Part shown: positions 24,557 to 32,000 of the stretch, piece after piece | How positions within the stretch are numbered: the stretch's first letter is position 1 | Layout: the number at the start of each line of letters is the position of its first letter | Assembly: GCF_001548275.1 (NCBI RefSeq) | Contig: NZ_AP014945.1 | Location: 1,260,001 to 1,292,000 of the forward strand | Direction of reading: 5' to 3' | DNA length: 32,000 nucleotides | Source of the DNA: Caldimicrobium thiodismutans | Lineage (GTDB): Bacteria > Desulfobacterota > Thermodesulfobacteria > Thermodesulfobacteriales > Thermodesulfobacteriaceae | Notes under the pieces: generated by a model | Databases searched by the model: none | What the model was told of the DNA's origin: nothing | The model's input: the letters and a program-made list of their open reading frames with translations, nothing else | Position numbers and translations under genes: made by a program

Positions 24557-25138
24557 TTAAAGAGAATTTTTAGGGATTTGGAAAAGAGGAGTCTTCTTTT
24601 TAGAAGAAAATCTTTCTTCTTCACTGAAGATACAGCCACAGTATTTCTGGCGGTATATTCCAAGTTCTATAGCAATTTCTTTTCCCTCTTTGTAGCCCCC
24701 TCTCCAGTCCTGATAGAAAAAGGGGACTTTATAGAGATAAGAGAGCTCTTCTCCAATTTCTTTGATCAAATCGTGAAACTGAAAGGGACTGTAAAGGAGG
24801 GTTGTTGTGAAGGCTTCAGCCCTTAGTTTTTCAGCAAGTTCTATCGTTCTTTTAAGTCTCAGGTAATAACAGCATTCACATCTTTTAGGGCGCTCCCATT
24901 GAAAAGAAATCTCATCAAGAAAGATTCTCAATCCATAGGTTTCATCCCAGATGATTTCAAGATTTTCAATTTTTTCAACCTCCTTTAGAGCAGCTATTCT
25001 CAATTTGAATTCCTGATAGGGATGTATATTGGGATTATAAAAAAAACCCTTTACTTTGATGCTCTCTTTTTTAAGGGTTTTTAAGGGATAGAGGCTACAG
25101 GGACCGCAGCAGATATGTAAAAGAACAAAGTCTTTCAT
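24557..25138 (-). CDS. queH: Epoxyqueuosine reductase QueH (DUF208)
   Basis: LLHICCGPCSLYP, FFYNPNIHPYQEF, RCECCY and KYCGCIFSE are typical of QueH. Confidence 0.85.
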   Translation of the reverse strand: MKDFVLLHICCGPCSLYPLKTLKKESIKVKGFFYNPNIHPYQEFKLRIAALKEVEKIENLEIIWDETYGLRIFLDEISFQWERPKRCECCYYLRLKRTIELAEKLRAEAFTTTLLYSPFQFHDLIKEIGEELSYLYKVPFFYQDWRGGYKEGKEIAIELGIYRQKYCGCIFSEEERFSSKKKTPLFQIPKNSL

Positions 25139-25746
25139 TTCTGAAGTTTCAAACCAATTTCAGCAAGTCTTTTTCCAAAGGCACGAAGAATAGCCTTTTC
25201 ATCCTCATCAAGTTCTCTTAAATTATCAGGACCTGCCACATGCCCTGGACCATAAGGTGAGCCTCCTCCTTTTGTAGTAAAAAGATTTTGAACCGAATAG
25301 GGGACACCAACAAAAATCATTCCCAAATGAAGAAGGGCGGGAAGAAGAGAAAAAATGGTCATTTCCTGACCACCATGAAGGGTTGCTGTGGAGACAAAGA
25401 TTCCAGCTGGTTTTCCTTCAAGAGCCCTTTCTTGCCAGAGAGGTGAAAGCTTATCAATCTGATTCTTTAATTGAGCTGAAACCACACCAAAACGGGTTGG
25501 TGTGCCAAAGGCTATAGCCCCTGCAGAGCGAAAATCATCAAGGGTGACAAGAGGAACATCCTTCTGCAGCTCCCTTCCTCGCTTCATATCCTCTCGTGAT
25601 TCTATAATTTCTTGGGGGATGAGTTCAGGAACTGTGCGAACAACAGGTTCTACCCCTGGAACCTCTTCTACTCCCTTAGCAACCTCAAGGGCCATTTTGT
25701 AAGTATTTCCATAAGTGCTGTAATAAACTATCAATACCTTCATCAC
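25135..25746 (-). CDS. wrbA: NAD(P)H:quinone oxidoreductase, WrbA-type flavodoxin-like protein
   Basis: KVLIVYYSTYGNTYKMA, FGTPTRFG, HGGQE and GGSPYG. Confidence 0.85.
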   Translation of the reverse strand: MMKVLIVYYSTYGNTYKMALEVAKGVEEVPGVEPVVRTVPELIPQEIIESREDMKRGRELQKDVPLVTLDDFRSAGAIAFGTPTRFGVVSAQLKNQIDKLSPLWQERALEGKPAGIFVSTATLHGGQEMTIFSLLPALLHLGMIFVGVPYSVQNLFTTKGGGSPYGPGHVAGPDNLRELDEDEKAILRAFGKRLAEIGLKLQK

Positions 25747-25773
25747 AGGGTCTAACCCCCTTTAAAGTTAATT

Positions 25774-26277
25774 TTATTTTTTTATCACACTGAGCAAGGT
25801 CTTCATGAAATAGGGTAAATCTGATGGCATCCTTGAGGTAACTATGTTTCCCTCTGCAACCACTTCTTTATCCTCATATTTTGCACCAGCCTCAAGAAGT
25901 TCTTTGGCTACACTTTTATAGGAAGTTGCCCTTTTCCCCTTTAAGAGCCCGGCTGAAATTAAAATCTGAGGACCATGACATATAGCACCTATGGGCTTTC
26001 CAGCAGAATAAAAGGCTCTAACTATTTCAAGAACTCTTGCATTTTTTCTTAAGGTTTCTGGAGCCTTCCCTCCTGGTAAAAGGAGAAGATCATATTCCTC
26101 AGGATTTACCTCCTCTAGCGAAAGGTTAACAGGAACAGTATAACCGTGTTTGCCTTTTATTTTTCCCCTCACTAAGGAGGCAATATCTACTTGAAAGCCC
26201 TCTTCTATTAACCGATAAAAGGGATAAAGTAGCTCCGTGTCTTCAAAATTGTCAGCACTAATAATGAGGGCTTTCAT
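25774..26277 (-). CDS. DJ-1/PfpI family protein (PfpI-type intracellular protease/deglycase)
   Basis: DLLLLPGG, the nucleophile elbow AICHGPQIL, and a size of 167 aa. Confidence 0.85.
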   Translation of the reverse strand: MKALIISADNFEDTELLYPFYRLIEEGFQVDIASLVRGKIKGKHGYTVPVNLSLEEVNPEEYDLLLLPGGKAPETLRKNARVLEIVRAFYSAGKPIGAICHGPQILISAGLLKGKRATSYKSVAKELLEAGAKYEDKEVVAEGNIVTSRMPSDLPYFMKTLLSVIKK

Positions 26278-26288
26278 TTTGGCCTTCT

Positions 26289-26795
26289 TTAAAGTAACTC
26301 TTTTACAGCCTGAAGGGCTCTTTCATAATCGGGATGATTGGTAATTTCTGGAACAATTTCAATGTATCTTATGATGTCATTTTTGTCTATAACAAAGATT
26401 GACCTTGCAAGAAGCCTTAATTCTTTAATAAGAATTCCATAATTTAATCCAAAGGAGGCCTCTCTGTGATCGGAAAGAACCTTTACACGATCAATTCCTG
26501 CTGATGCACAGAATCTTGCAATGGCAAAGGGTAGATCCATACTGATATTTAAGATTACCACATCCTCAGGTAATTCAGAAGCCCTTTGATTAAAAGTCCT
26601 TGCCTGAAGATCACAAACCGGGGTATCCAGAGAGGGTGTGCAACTAATAAGCTTTATCTTTCCCCTAAAATCACTCAGGCTGGTCTCCTTTAATTCTTTA
26701 TCTATAACTACAAAATCTGGAGCTCTATCCCCAACTTTAACCTCTTTTCCTTCAAGATGAAAGGGATTTCCAAATAATGTCACCTTTCTTTCCAT
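26289..26795 (-). CDS. tpx: Thiol peroxidase (atypical 2-Cys peroxiredoxin)
   Basis: VGDRAPDF, SCTPSLDTPVCDLQ and FCASAGI; 168 aa. Confidence 0.9.
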   Translation of the reverse strand: MERKVTLFGNPFHLEGKEVKVGDRAPDFVVIDKELKETSLSDFRGKIKLISCTPSLDTPVCDLQARTFNQRASELPEDVVILNISMDLPFAIARFCASAGIDRVKVLSDHREASFGLNYGILIKELRLLARSIFVIDKNDIIRYIEIVPEITNHPDYERALQAVKELL

Positions 26796-26878
26796 ACCAT
26801 TCCTCCTTGCATTGTTATTTATTTTAAATTATAAAAGATTTTTTTTAAAGGTAAAGATAGAAAAGAGAAATCTCCTCT

Positions 26879-27141
26879 TGCATAAGTTCATATCCTAACA
26901 AAAGAAAGGATGGAAAAATGTGAGAGGTGAAAGTAGGGGGAGCCCCTTGCGTGTCTGCCCAATCCTTACCTGTCTATCCAATAATATAAAGGACCACATA
27001 ACAGGCAAACACATAGATCTTTCATAAGAGGGCAAACACATAGGGTTGCCCCTACAAAATACAGGTTCATTCTCTTACAACCGAAGTAGGAGAAAATTTT
27101 TTTAAGTCTCAAAAGATATGGACGCATACAAATGCTTGACA
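26879..27141 (+). mobile_element. MITE-like, IS-derived repeat, copy C; boundaries +/-15 bp
   Basis: It starts TGCATAAGTTCATATCCTAACAAAAGAAAGGATGG and ends AAGTCTCAAAAGATATGGACGCATACAAATGCTTGACA. Internally it shares CACATAACAGGCAAACAC and CCCTACAAAA with copy A. It contains the hairpin AGGGCAA-N10-TTGCCCT and has no coding capacity. Confidence 0.55.
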
Positions 27142-27164
27142 AATTTTTAAATCTTTGCTATTTT
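27136..27164 (+). promoter_or_regulatory. Putative promoter for ppsA (TTGACA-17-TATTTT) whose -35 lies at the end of the repeat element
   Basis: TTGACA is at 27136-27141, followed by a 17-nt spacer and TATTTT at 27159-27164. GGAGG is at 27181 and the ATG at 27191. Confidence 0.35.
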
Positions 27165-27190
27165 TCAAAAAATCTGATGAGGAGGGGCCT

Positions 27191-29629
27191 ATGGCTGAAA
27201 ATCCCTTCATATTGTGGTTTGATGAAATTAGATACGAAGATGTGCCTCTTGTGGGTGGTAAAAATGCCTCCCTTGGAGAGATGTATTCAAAGCTTACCTC
27301 TAAGGGAGTTAATGTTCCTTACGGGTTTGCAGTTACTGCTGAGGCTTATAAATACTTTGTTAAGGAAAATCATCTGGATGATGAGATTAAAAAGGCCTTA
27401 AAGGGACTTGATACGCACGATGTTCAAGACCTCCAAAAAAGGGGTAAAAAGGTTAGAAATCTCATCCTCCATGCCAAGATGCCGGAAAAACTTGCTCAGG
27501 AAATCGCTAAGGCCTATGCTAAGTTAGAGAAAAAGTATGGGAAAAATCCTGATGTGGCAGTGAGATCCTCAGCTACAGCAGAAGATCTTCCTGATGCTTC
27601 CTTTGCGGGTCAGCAGGAAACCTATTTAAATGTCAGAGGAACGGAAAAGGTTATTGAATCCGTGCAAAGATGTTTTGCCTCCCTTTTTACAGATAGAGCC
27701 ATTTCCTATAGACAGGACAAAGGCTTTGATCATTTTTCAGTTTATCTCTCTGTTGCAGTTCAGAAGATGGTAAGATCTGACCAGGCAAGCTCAGGAGTTA
27801 TGTTTACCTTAGATACGGAATCAGGGTTCAGGGATGTGGTTTATATCACCGGGGCCTGGGGTCTTGGTGAATATGTCGTTCAAGGTAGGGTTAATCCTGA
27901 TGAATTTTATGTCTTTAAGCCAACCCTTAAACAAGGTTTTAAACCTATTCTTTCTAAGAGACTGGGAAGTAAGGATGTAAAGCTTATTTACGGAGACTCT
28001 TCCAAAAAACCTCTCAAAGAGGTAAAAAACACTAAGGAAGAAAGGATGACCTTTGTTTTATCCGATGAAGAGATTTTAAAACTTGCTAAGTGGGCTATGA
28101 TCATAGAGGAACACTATGGAAGACCTATGGATATTGAATGGGCTAAAGATGGAGATGGGAAAACAGTTGGAACAGGAGACCTTTTTATTGTGCAAGCTCG
28201 TCCAGAAACAGTCCATGCCATAAAGAGCCATAAGTTTTACGAGATCTATAAACTCAAAGGAGATGGCAAGGTTCTCTGCACAGGAAAGGCCGTTGGAAGT
28301 AAGATTGGCCAAGGCAAAGCAAGGGTTATTCTGAGTGTAAGTGATATCAGTCAATTTCAGCCTGGTGAGGTTTTGATTACTACTATGACTGACCCAGACT
28401 GGGAACCCATTATGAAAAAGGCATCTGCCATTGTGACAGACAAAGGAGGAAGAACCTGCCATGCGGCGATAGTTTCTCGTGAGCTTGGTATTCCCTGTAT
28501 TGTTGGAACAGAAACGGCAACAAAGTCCGTTATCACAGGACAGGATGTAACCATAGATTGCACTCTTGGAGAGGAAGGCAGAGTTCTTGAAGGGCTCATT
28601 CCCTTTGAGGTTGAAAGAATTGATCTTGAAAACCTGCCCAGGCCAAAGACAAAGATTATGATGAATGTAGGAATACCTGAACAGGCCTTTGCTCAGGGAC
28701 AAATTCCCAATGATGGAGTAGGTCTTGCCCGTCTTGAATTCATTATAGGTTCACATATCGGGATTCATCCTCTGGCTCTACTTAACTTTGAGGAACTAAA
28801 GAAAAGGGCGTCCCAGGATAAAAAAATAAGTCGCTTAGTAAAAATTATAGAAGAAAAGACCTTTGGCTATAAAAATAAGGCTGAGTTTTTTGTAGATAAG
28901 CTTGCTCAGGGAGTTGCAACCATTGGAGCAGCTTTTTATCCCAATGATGTAATTGTAAGACTTTCAGACTTTAAAAGCAACGAATATGCTAATCTCATTG
29001 GAGGCTTTCTTTTTGAACCTGAAGAGCACAATCCTATGATTGGATGGAGAGGGGCCTCGCGGTATTATGATCCAAAATTTGAACCCGCCTTTGCCCTTGA
29101 ATGCAAGGCTCTGGCTAAGGCCAGAGATGAAATGGGATTAACCAATATTAAGGTCATGATTCCCTTCTGTAGAACTCCTGAGGAAGGAGAAAGGGTCATA
29201 AAAGTAATGGAAAAGTATGGATTAAAGAGAGGGAAAAACGGCCTTGAGATCTATGTGATGTGTGAAATTCCCAGTAATGTTATTTTAGCGGAAGAGTTTG
29301 CTAAAATTTTTGATGGCTTTTCCATTGGTTCTAATGACCTAACTCAGCTTACCCTTGGGTTAGACAGGGATTCAGAGCTTGTTTCCCATTTATATGATGA
29401 GCGCAATCCTGCGGTAAAGAAGATGATTAAGCAGGTAATTGAGACTGCTAAAAAAACTGGCAGAAAGATTGGTATTTGTGGACAGGCTCCCAGCGATTTT
29501 CCAGACTTTGCCGAATTTTTAGTGGAATGTGGTATAGATTCTATGAGTTTGACCCCAGATACCATTATAAAGACAAGGCTTCTTGTGGCTGAAAAAGAAA
29601 AGGCCTTAAGTAAAGGTAAGAAGAAATAA
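27191..29629 (+). CDS. ppsA: Phosphoenolpyruvate synthase (pyruvate, water dikinase)
   Basis: MAENPFILWFDEI...VGGKNASLGEM at the N-terminus, the phospho-His loop GGRTCHAAIVSRELGIPCIVG and the C-terminal PEP-utilising TIM barrel (GSNDLTQL). The start was chosen at the ATG 5 nt after GGAGG; the track begins 36 nt earlier. Confidence 0.92.
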   Translation: MAENPFILWFDEIRYEDVPLVGGKNASLGEMYSKLTSKGVNVPYGFAVTAEAYKYFVKENHLDDEIKKALKGLDTHDVQDLQKRGKKVRNLILHAKMPEKLAQEIAKAYAKLEKKYGKNPDVAVRSSATAEDLPDASFAGQQETYLNVRGTEKVIESVQRCFASLFTDRAISYRQDKGFDHFSVYLSVAVQKMVRSDQASSGVMFTLDTESGFRDVVYITGAWGLGEYVVQGRVNPDEFYVFKPTLKQGFKPILSKRLGSKDVKLIYGDSSKKPLKEVKNTKEERMTFVLSDEEILKLAKWAMIIEEHYGRPMDIEWAKDGDGKTVGTGDLFIVQARPETVHAIKSHKFYEIYKLKGDGKVLCTGKAVGSKIGQGKARVILSVSDISQFQPGEVLITTMTDPDWEPIMKKASAIVTDKGGRTCHAAIVSRELGIPCIVGTETATKSVITGQDVTIDCTLGEEGRVLEGLIPFEVERIDLENLPRPKTKIMMNVGIPEQAFAQGQIPNDGVGLARLEFIIGSHIGIHPLALLNFEELKKRASQDKKISRLVKIIEEKTFGYKNKAEFFVDKLAQGVATIGAAFYPNDVIVRLSDFKSNEYANLIGGFLFEPEEHNPMIGWRGASRYYDPKFEPAFALECKALAKARDEMGLTNIKVMIPFCRTPEEGERVIKVMEKYGLKRGKNGLEIYVMCEIPSNVILAEEFAKIFDGFSIGSNDLTQLTLGLDRDSELVSHLYDERNPAVKKMIKQVIETAKKTGRKIGICGQAPSDFPDFAEFLVECGIDSMSLTPDTIIKTRLLVAEKEKALSKGKKK

Positions 29630-30301
29630 GTGATTTTTTGGATTATAGGGTTAATTTTTTTATATCTTGCAGAGCCGGGATTTCCGGCTCCTCCTTCCCT
29701 TTATGTTTTAAATCCTGATATAGAGCCACAAAAAGATTTCGGTTATCTTCAGGCTCCGATTTTAAAATTTTTCATAGAAAGGCTTTCTTCCCAGGGTTTT
29801 AGCGTATATCCTCTGGAGAGAGAGGTTCTTTCAGGAAATCTTTTAAAAAGCAGGTTTTTCTTTGATAGAACAGGAAAGGTTCAAATGGAGCTCTCCATAA
29901 TGCATATACCTGAAAAAGCAGAGGTTTTAAAAGTTACCGATACTGCAACCTTTGAAGACTTTTGGGTAAAACTCAATAACCTCCTTAATTCCTTAATCCT
30001 TCCTCAAAAGCCCTTGCCTGCACCTTCAATAAGGGTTCAAAAACCAAAGGAAGAAAAGGAATCAATACTTTCTAAAATAAACCCCTTTAGAGCTCTCTCT
30101 AAACTCCTTCCTCGCAAAGAAGAGCCTTTAAAGATAAAGATCCAGGTCCCTCCTCCCCCGCAACCTCCTTTTTCCTCTCCTCAGATCTCCAGTTCCCAGC
30201 CCCTTCAGCCCTTTTCTCAACCCCTTCAGCCACAACCTTTACCTTCCCCACCTCCTTCTCAACCTCCCGCCTCAGGCTCTTCCCCCTGGCAGTGGTTTTA
30301 A
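29630..30301 (+). CDS. Hypothetical exported protein with a Pro/Gln/Ser-rich C-terminal tail
   Basis: The GTG start directly follows the ppsA stop. The N-terminus is hydrophobic (IFWIIGLIFLYLA). The last ~60 aa are low complexity (PPPPQPPFSSPQISSSQPLQPFSQPLQPQPLPSPPPSQPP). Confidence 0.45.
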   Translation: MIFWIIGLIFLYLAEPGFPAPPSLYVLNPDIEPQKDFGYLQAPILKFFIERLSSQGFSVYPLEREVLSGNLLKSRFFFDRTGKVQMELSIMHIPEKAEVLKVTDTATFEDFWVKLNNLLNSLILPQKPLPAPSIRVQKPKEEKESILSKINPFRALSKLLPRKEEPLKIKIQVPPPPQPPFSSPQISSSQPLQPFSQPLQPQPLPSPPPSQPPASGSSPWQWF

Positions 30302-30350
30302 AAATTCCCTCTATACAAATTTGAAAAATTCAATATAATTGTTTTTTAAT

Positions 30351-30650
30351 ATGCCCAAGCCATCTCAAATTATTATAAAACCCTATTCCAAGAGAAAAAA
30401 GAAAAAAAGACTTAGAAGAATTCTTTTAGGCATGCTCACTGTTCTGGTCTTTGTTATCCTTACTATTTATATATTTTTAAGCTGGCTTATTAAAAAGGAA
30501 GGAAAGGAACTTGAAAAACTTAGATCTGAAAATCAGATTCTTAAAACAGAGATTAAAAAATTCCAGAGTTCAGACCTTGCTTATGAGGAATTTCTCAGAG
30601 TTAAAATGGGTTACATCAAGAATGGGGAAAAGGTCATTCAATATAAATAA
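30351..30650 (+). CDS. ftsB: Septum formation initiator family protein (FtsB/DivIC-like)
   Basis: Layout is a basic N-terminus (KRKKKKRLRR), a single TM (ILLGMLTVLVFVILTIYIFLSWL), then a coiled coil (ELEKLRSENQILKTEIKKFQ) and a ...YEEFLRVKMGYIK tail. The ATG at 30351 is preferred to the TTG at 30339. Confidence 0.6.
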   Translation: MPKPSQIIIKPYSKRKKKKRLRRILLGMLTVLVFVILTIYIFLSWLIKKEGKELEKLRSENQILKTEIKKFQSSDLAYEEFLRVKMGYIKNGEKVIQYK

Positions 30651-30679
30651 TTGTGTAGGTATGACTGGGAGGTGAGGTA

Positions 30680-31159
30680 ATGTTTAAGTGTCAGATAGTT
30701 GAAGGCTATTTTGAGGGGCAAGACCTTAATTTAGCCATAGTGGTAAGCAGATTTAATGTCTTTATCACTCAAAAACTTCTGGAGGGGGCTATCGATGTCT
30801 TAAGAAGACATCAAGTCTCTGAGGAAAACATTTATATTGCCTGGGTGCCAGGGGCCTTTGAGATACCTCTTGTAGCCAAAAAACTTGCAAGAAGCCAAAG
30901 GTTTGATGCGGTAATTTGTCTTGGGGCAATTATTCGGGGGGCAACTCCTCATTTTGATTATGTGGCAGCTGAGGCCTCCAAAGGTATTGCTCAGGTCATG
31001 CTTGAAACAGAAGTGCCGGTTATTTTTGGAATTTTAACTACGGACACCATTGAGCAAGCTATTGAAAGAGCTGGAACTAAGGCAGGTAATAAAGGGGCTG
31101 AAGCTGCCTTTACTGCTCTTGAGGTAGCTAACCTTTTAAAAAGAATTTCCAAACTCTAA
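30680..31159 (+). CDS. ribH: 6,7-dimethyl-8-ribityllumazine synthase
   Basis: [30 protein letters not shown] and NKGAEAA; 159 aa. Confidence 0.92.
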   Translation: MFKCQIVEGYFEGQDLNLAIVVSRFNVFITQKLLEGAIDVLRRHQVSEENIYIAWVPGAFEIPLVAKKLARSQRFDAVICLGAIIRGATPHFDYVAAEASKGIAQVMLETEVPVIFGILTTDTIEQAIERAGTKAGNKGAEAAFTALEVANLLKRISKL

Positions 31160-31171
31160 GGAGGATGGGCC

Positions 31172-32000
31172 ATGAAAACCATAAAAGATTTTAACCTAAA
31201 GGGAAAGAAGGTTTTTATAAGAGTTGATTTCAATGTCCCTATGGATAGGGGGAAAATTCTTGATGACACAAGGATTATTGAAGCCCTCCCTACCATTCAA
31301 TATGCCCTTAATTCGGGAGCAAGGGTTTTTCTTTGTTCCCATCTTGGAAGACCCAAAGGTAAAAGATTGCCTGAGTTTTCATTAAGGCCTGTCTACGAGT
31401 ATTTAAAGGAAAGACTTAAGGCCCCTGTCTATTTTTTGGAGGATCTTTCAGGAGAGAGAGTTGAGAAGATTTTAGCTGAGCTTAAAAATAGCGAGGTTGT
31501 TCTTCTTGAAAATATAAGATTTTATGAAGGGGAAACCAAAAATGACCCCGAGCTTGCCAAAGTTTTAGCTTCATTAGCTGATGTCTATATTAATGATGCC
31601 TTTTCCGTCTGTCACAGAGCCCACGCCTCAGTGGTCGGAGTGGCAGAGTTGGTGAAGGAAAGGGGGATTGGGTTTCTTACGGAGAAAGAACTTAAATATC
31701 TTAATAGAATTGTGGGTAAGCCTGAAAGACCATTTTATGCTATTGTGGGAGGAAGCAAGGTTTCAACAAAGATAGGGGTTCTTAAAAATCTCTTGAATAA
31801 GATTGATAAACTCATTATCGGAGGAGCTATGGCTAATACCTTTCTTTCTGCCATCGGATATAAGGTGGGGGCCTCTTTTGTAGAAGAGGACTATCTTGAG
31901 ACAGCTCGGGAGATTCTTAAGGAGGCCAAAGAGCAGGATGTGAAAATCTATTTGCCTGTGGATGCGGTTGTGGAAAGAGAGGGAGAGCCCTATCTTGTTA
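31172..32000 (+). CDS. pgk: Phosphoglycerate kinase, N-terminal about 276 aa (runs off the right edge)
   Basis: I translated this myself, as it is absent from the ORF track because no stop is reached: MKTIKDFNLKGKKVFIRVDFNVPMD...DDTRI...SHLGRPKG...NIRFY.GE...INDAF...HRAHAS. GGAGG lies 8 nt upstream. Confidence 0.9.
   Translation, partial: MKTIKDFNLKGKKVFIRVDFNVPMDRGKILDDTRIIEALPTIQYALNSGARVFLCSHLGRPKGKRLPEFSLRPVYEYLKERLKAPVYFLEDLSGERVEKILAELKNSEVVLLENIRFYEGETKNDPELAKVLASLADVYINDAFSVCHRAHASVVGVAELVKERGIGFLTEKELKYLNRIVGKPERPFYAIVGGSKVSTKIGVLKNLLNKIDKLIIGGAMANTFLSAIGYKVGASFVEEDYLETAREILKEAKEQDVKIYLPVDAVVEREGEPYLV

Noticed and set aside
10249-27141. I considered whether the dispersed repeats could be a CRISPR array or a REP/BIME-type palindromic unit family.
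   Set aside because: There are only three long copies (about 220-300 bp), kilobases apart, in mixed orientation, with terminal inverted repeats and a transposase remnant. There are no short regularly spaced direct repeats, so an IS/MITE origin fits better.
28076-28702. A 208-aa ORF and an 80-aa ORF (28357..28599) lie antisense to ppsA. An 89-aa ORF (27132..27401) overlaps the ppsA 5' end.
   Set aside because: ppsA is unambiguous across this region, including the phospho-histidine loop. The overlapping ORFs have no motifs or ribosome-binding sites.
30130-30290. A short tandem-repeat DNA region (CCCCTTCAGCC-like units) could be a possible VNTR or regulatory repeat.
   Set aside because: It lies in frame within the Pro/Gln-rich tail of the 223-aa ORF. 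It is best explained as low-complexity coding sequence and is noted under that finding instead.

Overview
32-kb chromosomal window from a low-GC diderm anaerobe (about 35-42% GC from hand counts of a few lines). The gene content resembles thermophilic sulfate-reducer-type lineages, but that is only a guess. Most of the window is tightly packed housekeeping. It holds a split indolepyruvate:ferredoxin oxidoreductase (iorA facing iorB) with two tandem paaK-ACT pairs, then proC-rlmH. A fused MurU/AmgK-like enzyme sits in an operon with futalosine genes mqnB and mqnD and an orphan tolQ. The rest is trxA-trxB-bamD, secA, a redox cluster (queH-wrbA-pfpI-tpx), ppsA, ftsB-like, ribH and the 5' part of pgk. 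No rRNA, tRNA or CRISPR array was seen. Five things are not ordinary. (1) A lower-GC three-gene cassette at 1997-3411 encodes a 97-aa ORF, a STAS-like DUF4325-type protein and an RsbW/SpoIIAB-like GHKL ATPase that appears frameshifted; it sits at the end of the ior/paaK operon. (2) A Tat-signal beta-propeller with histidines recurring blade after blade is paired with a COG0523 (CobW-type) GTPase carrying an extra C-terminal region. (3) Two paralogous AAA-ATPase-like/PD-(D/E)XK genes share about 95% identical 5' ends and promoter, forming 212-bp inverted repeats that bracket 13 kb. (4) An IS-derived repeat family has one internally deleted IS with a transposase C-terminal remnant, two MITE-like copies and solo end fragments. 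Every right end points at the start of the next gene and carries an outward TTGnCA-type -35 hexamer. (5) tolQ lacks tolR and stops exactly at an IS remnant. All functional calls come from motif recognition by eye and need HMM or BLAST confirmation.
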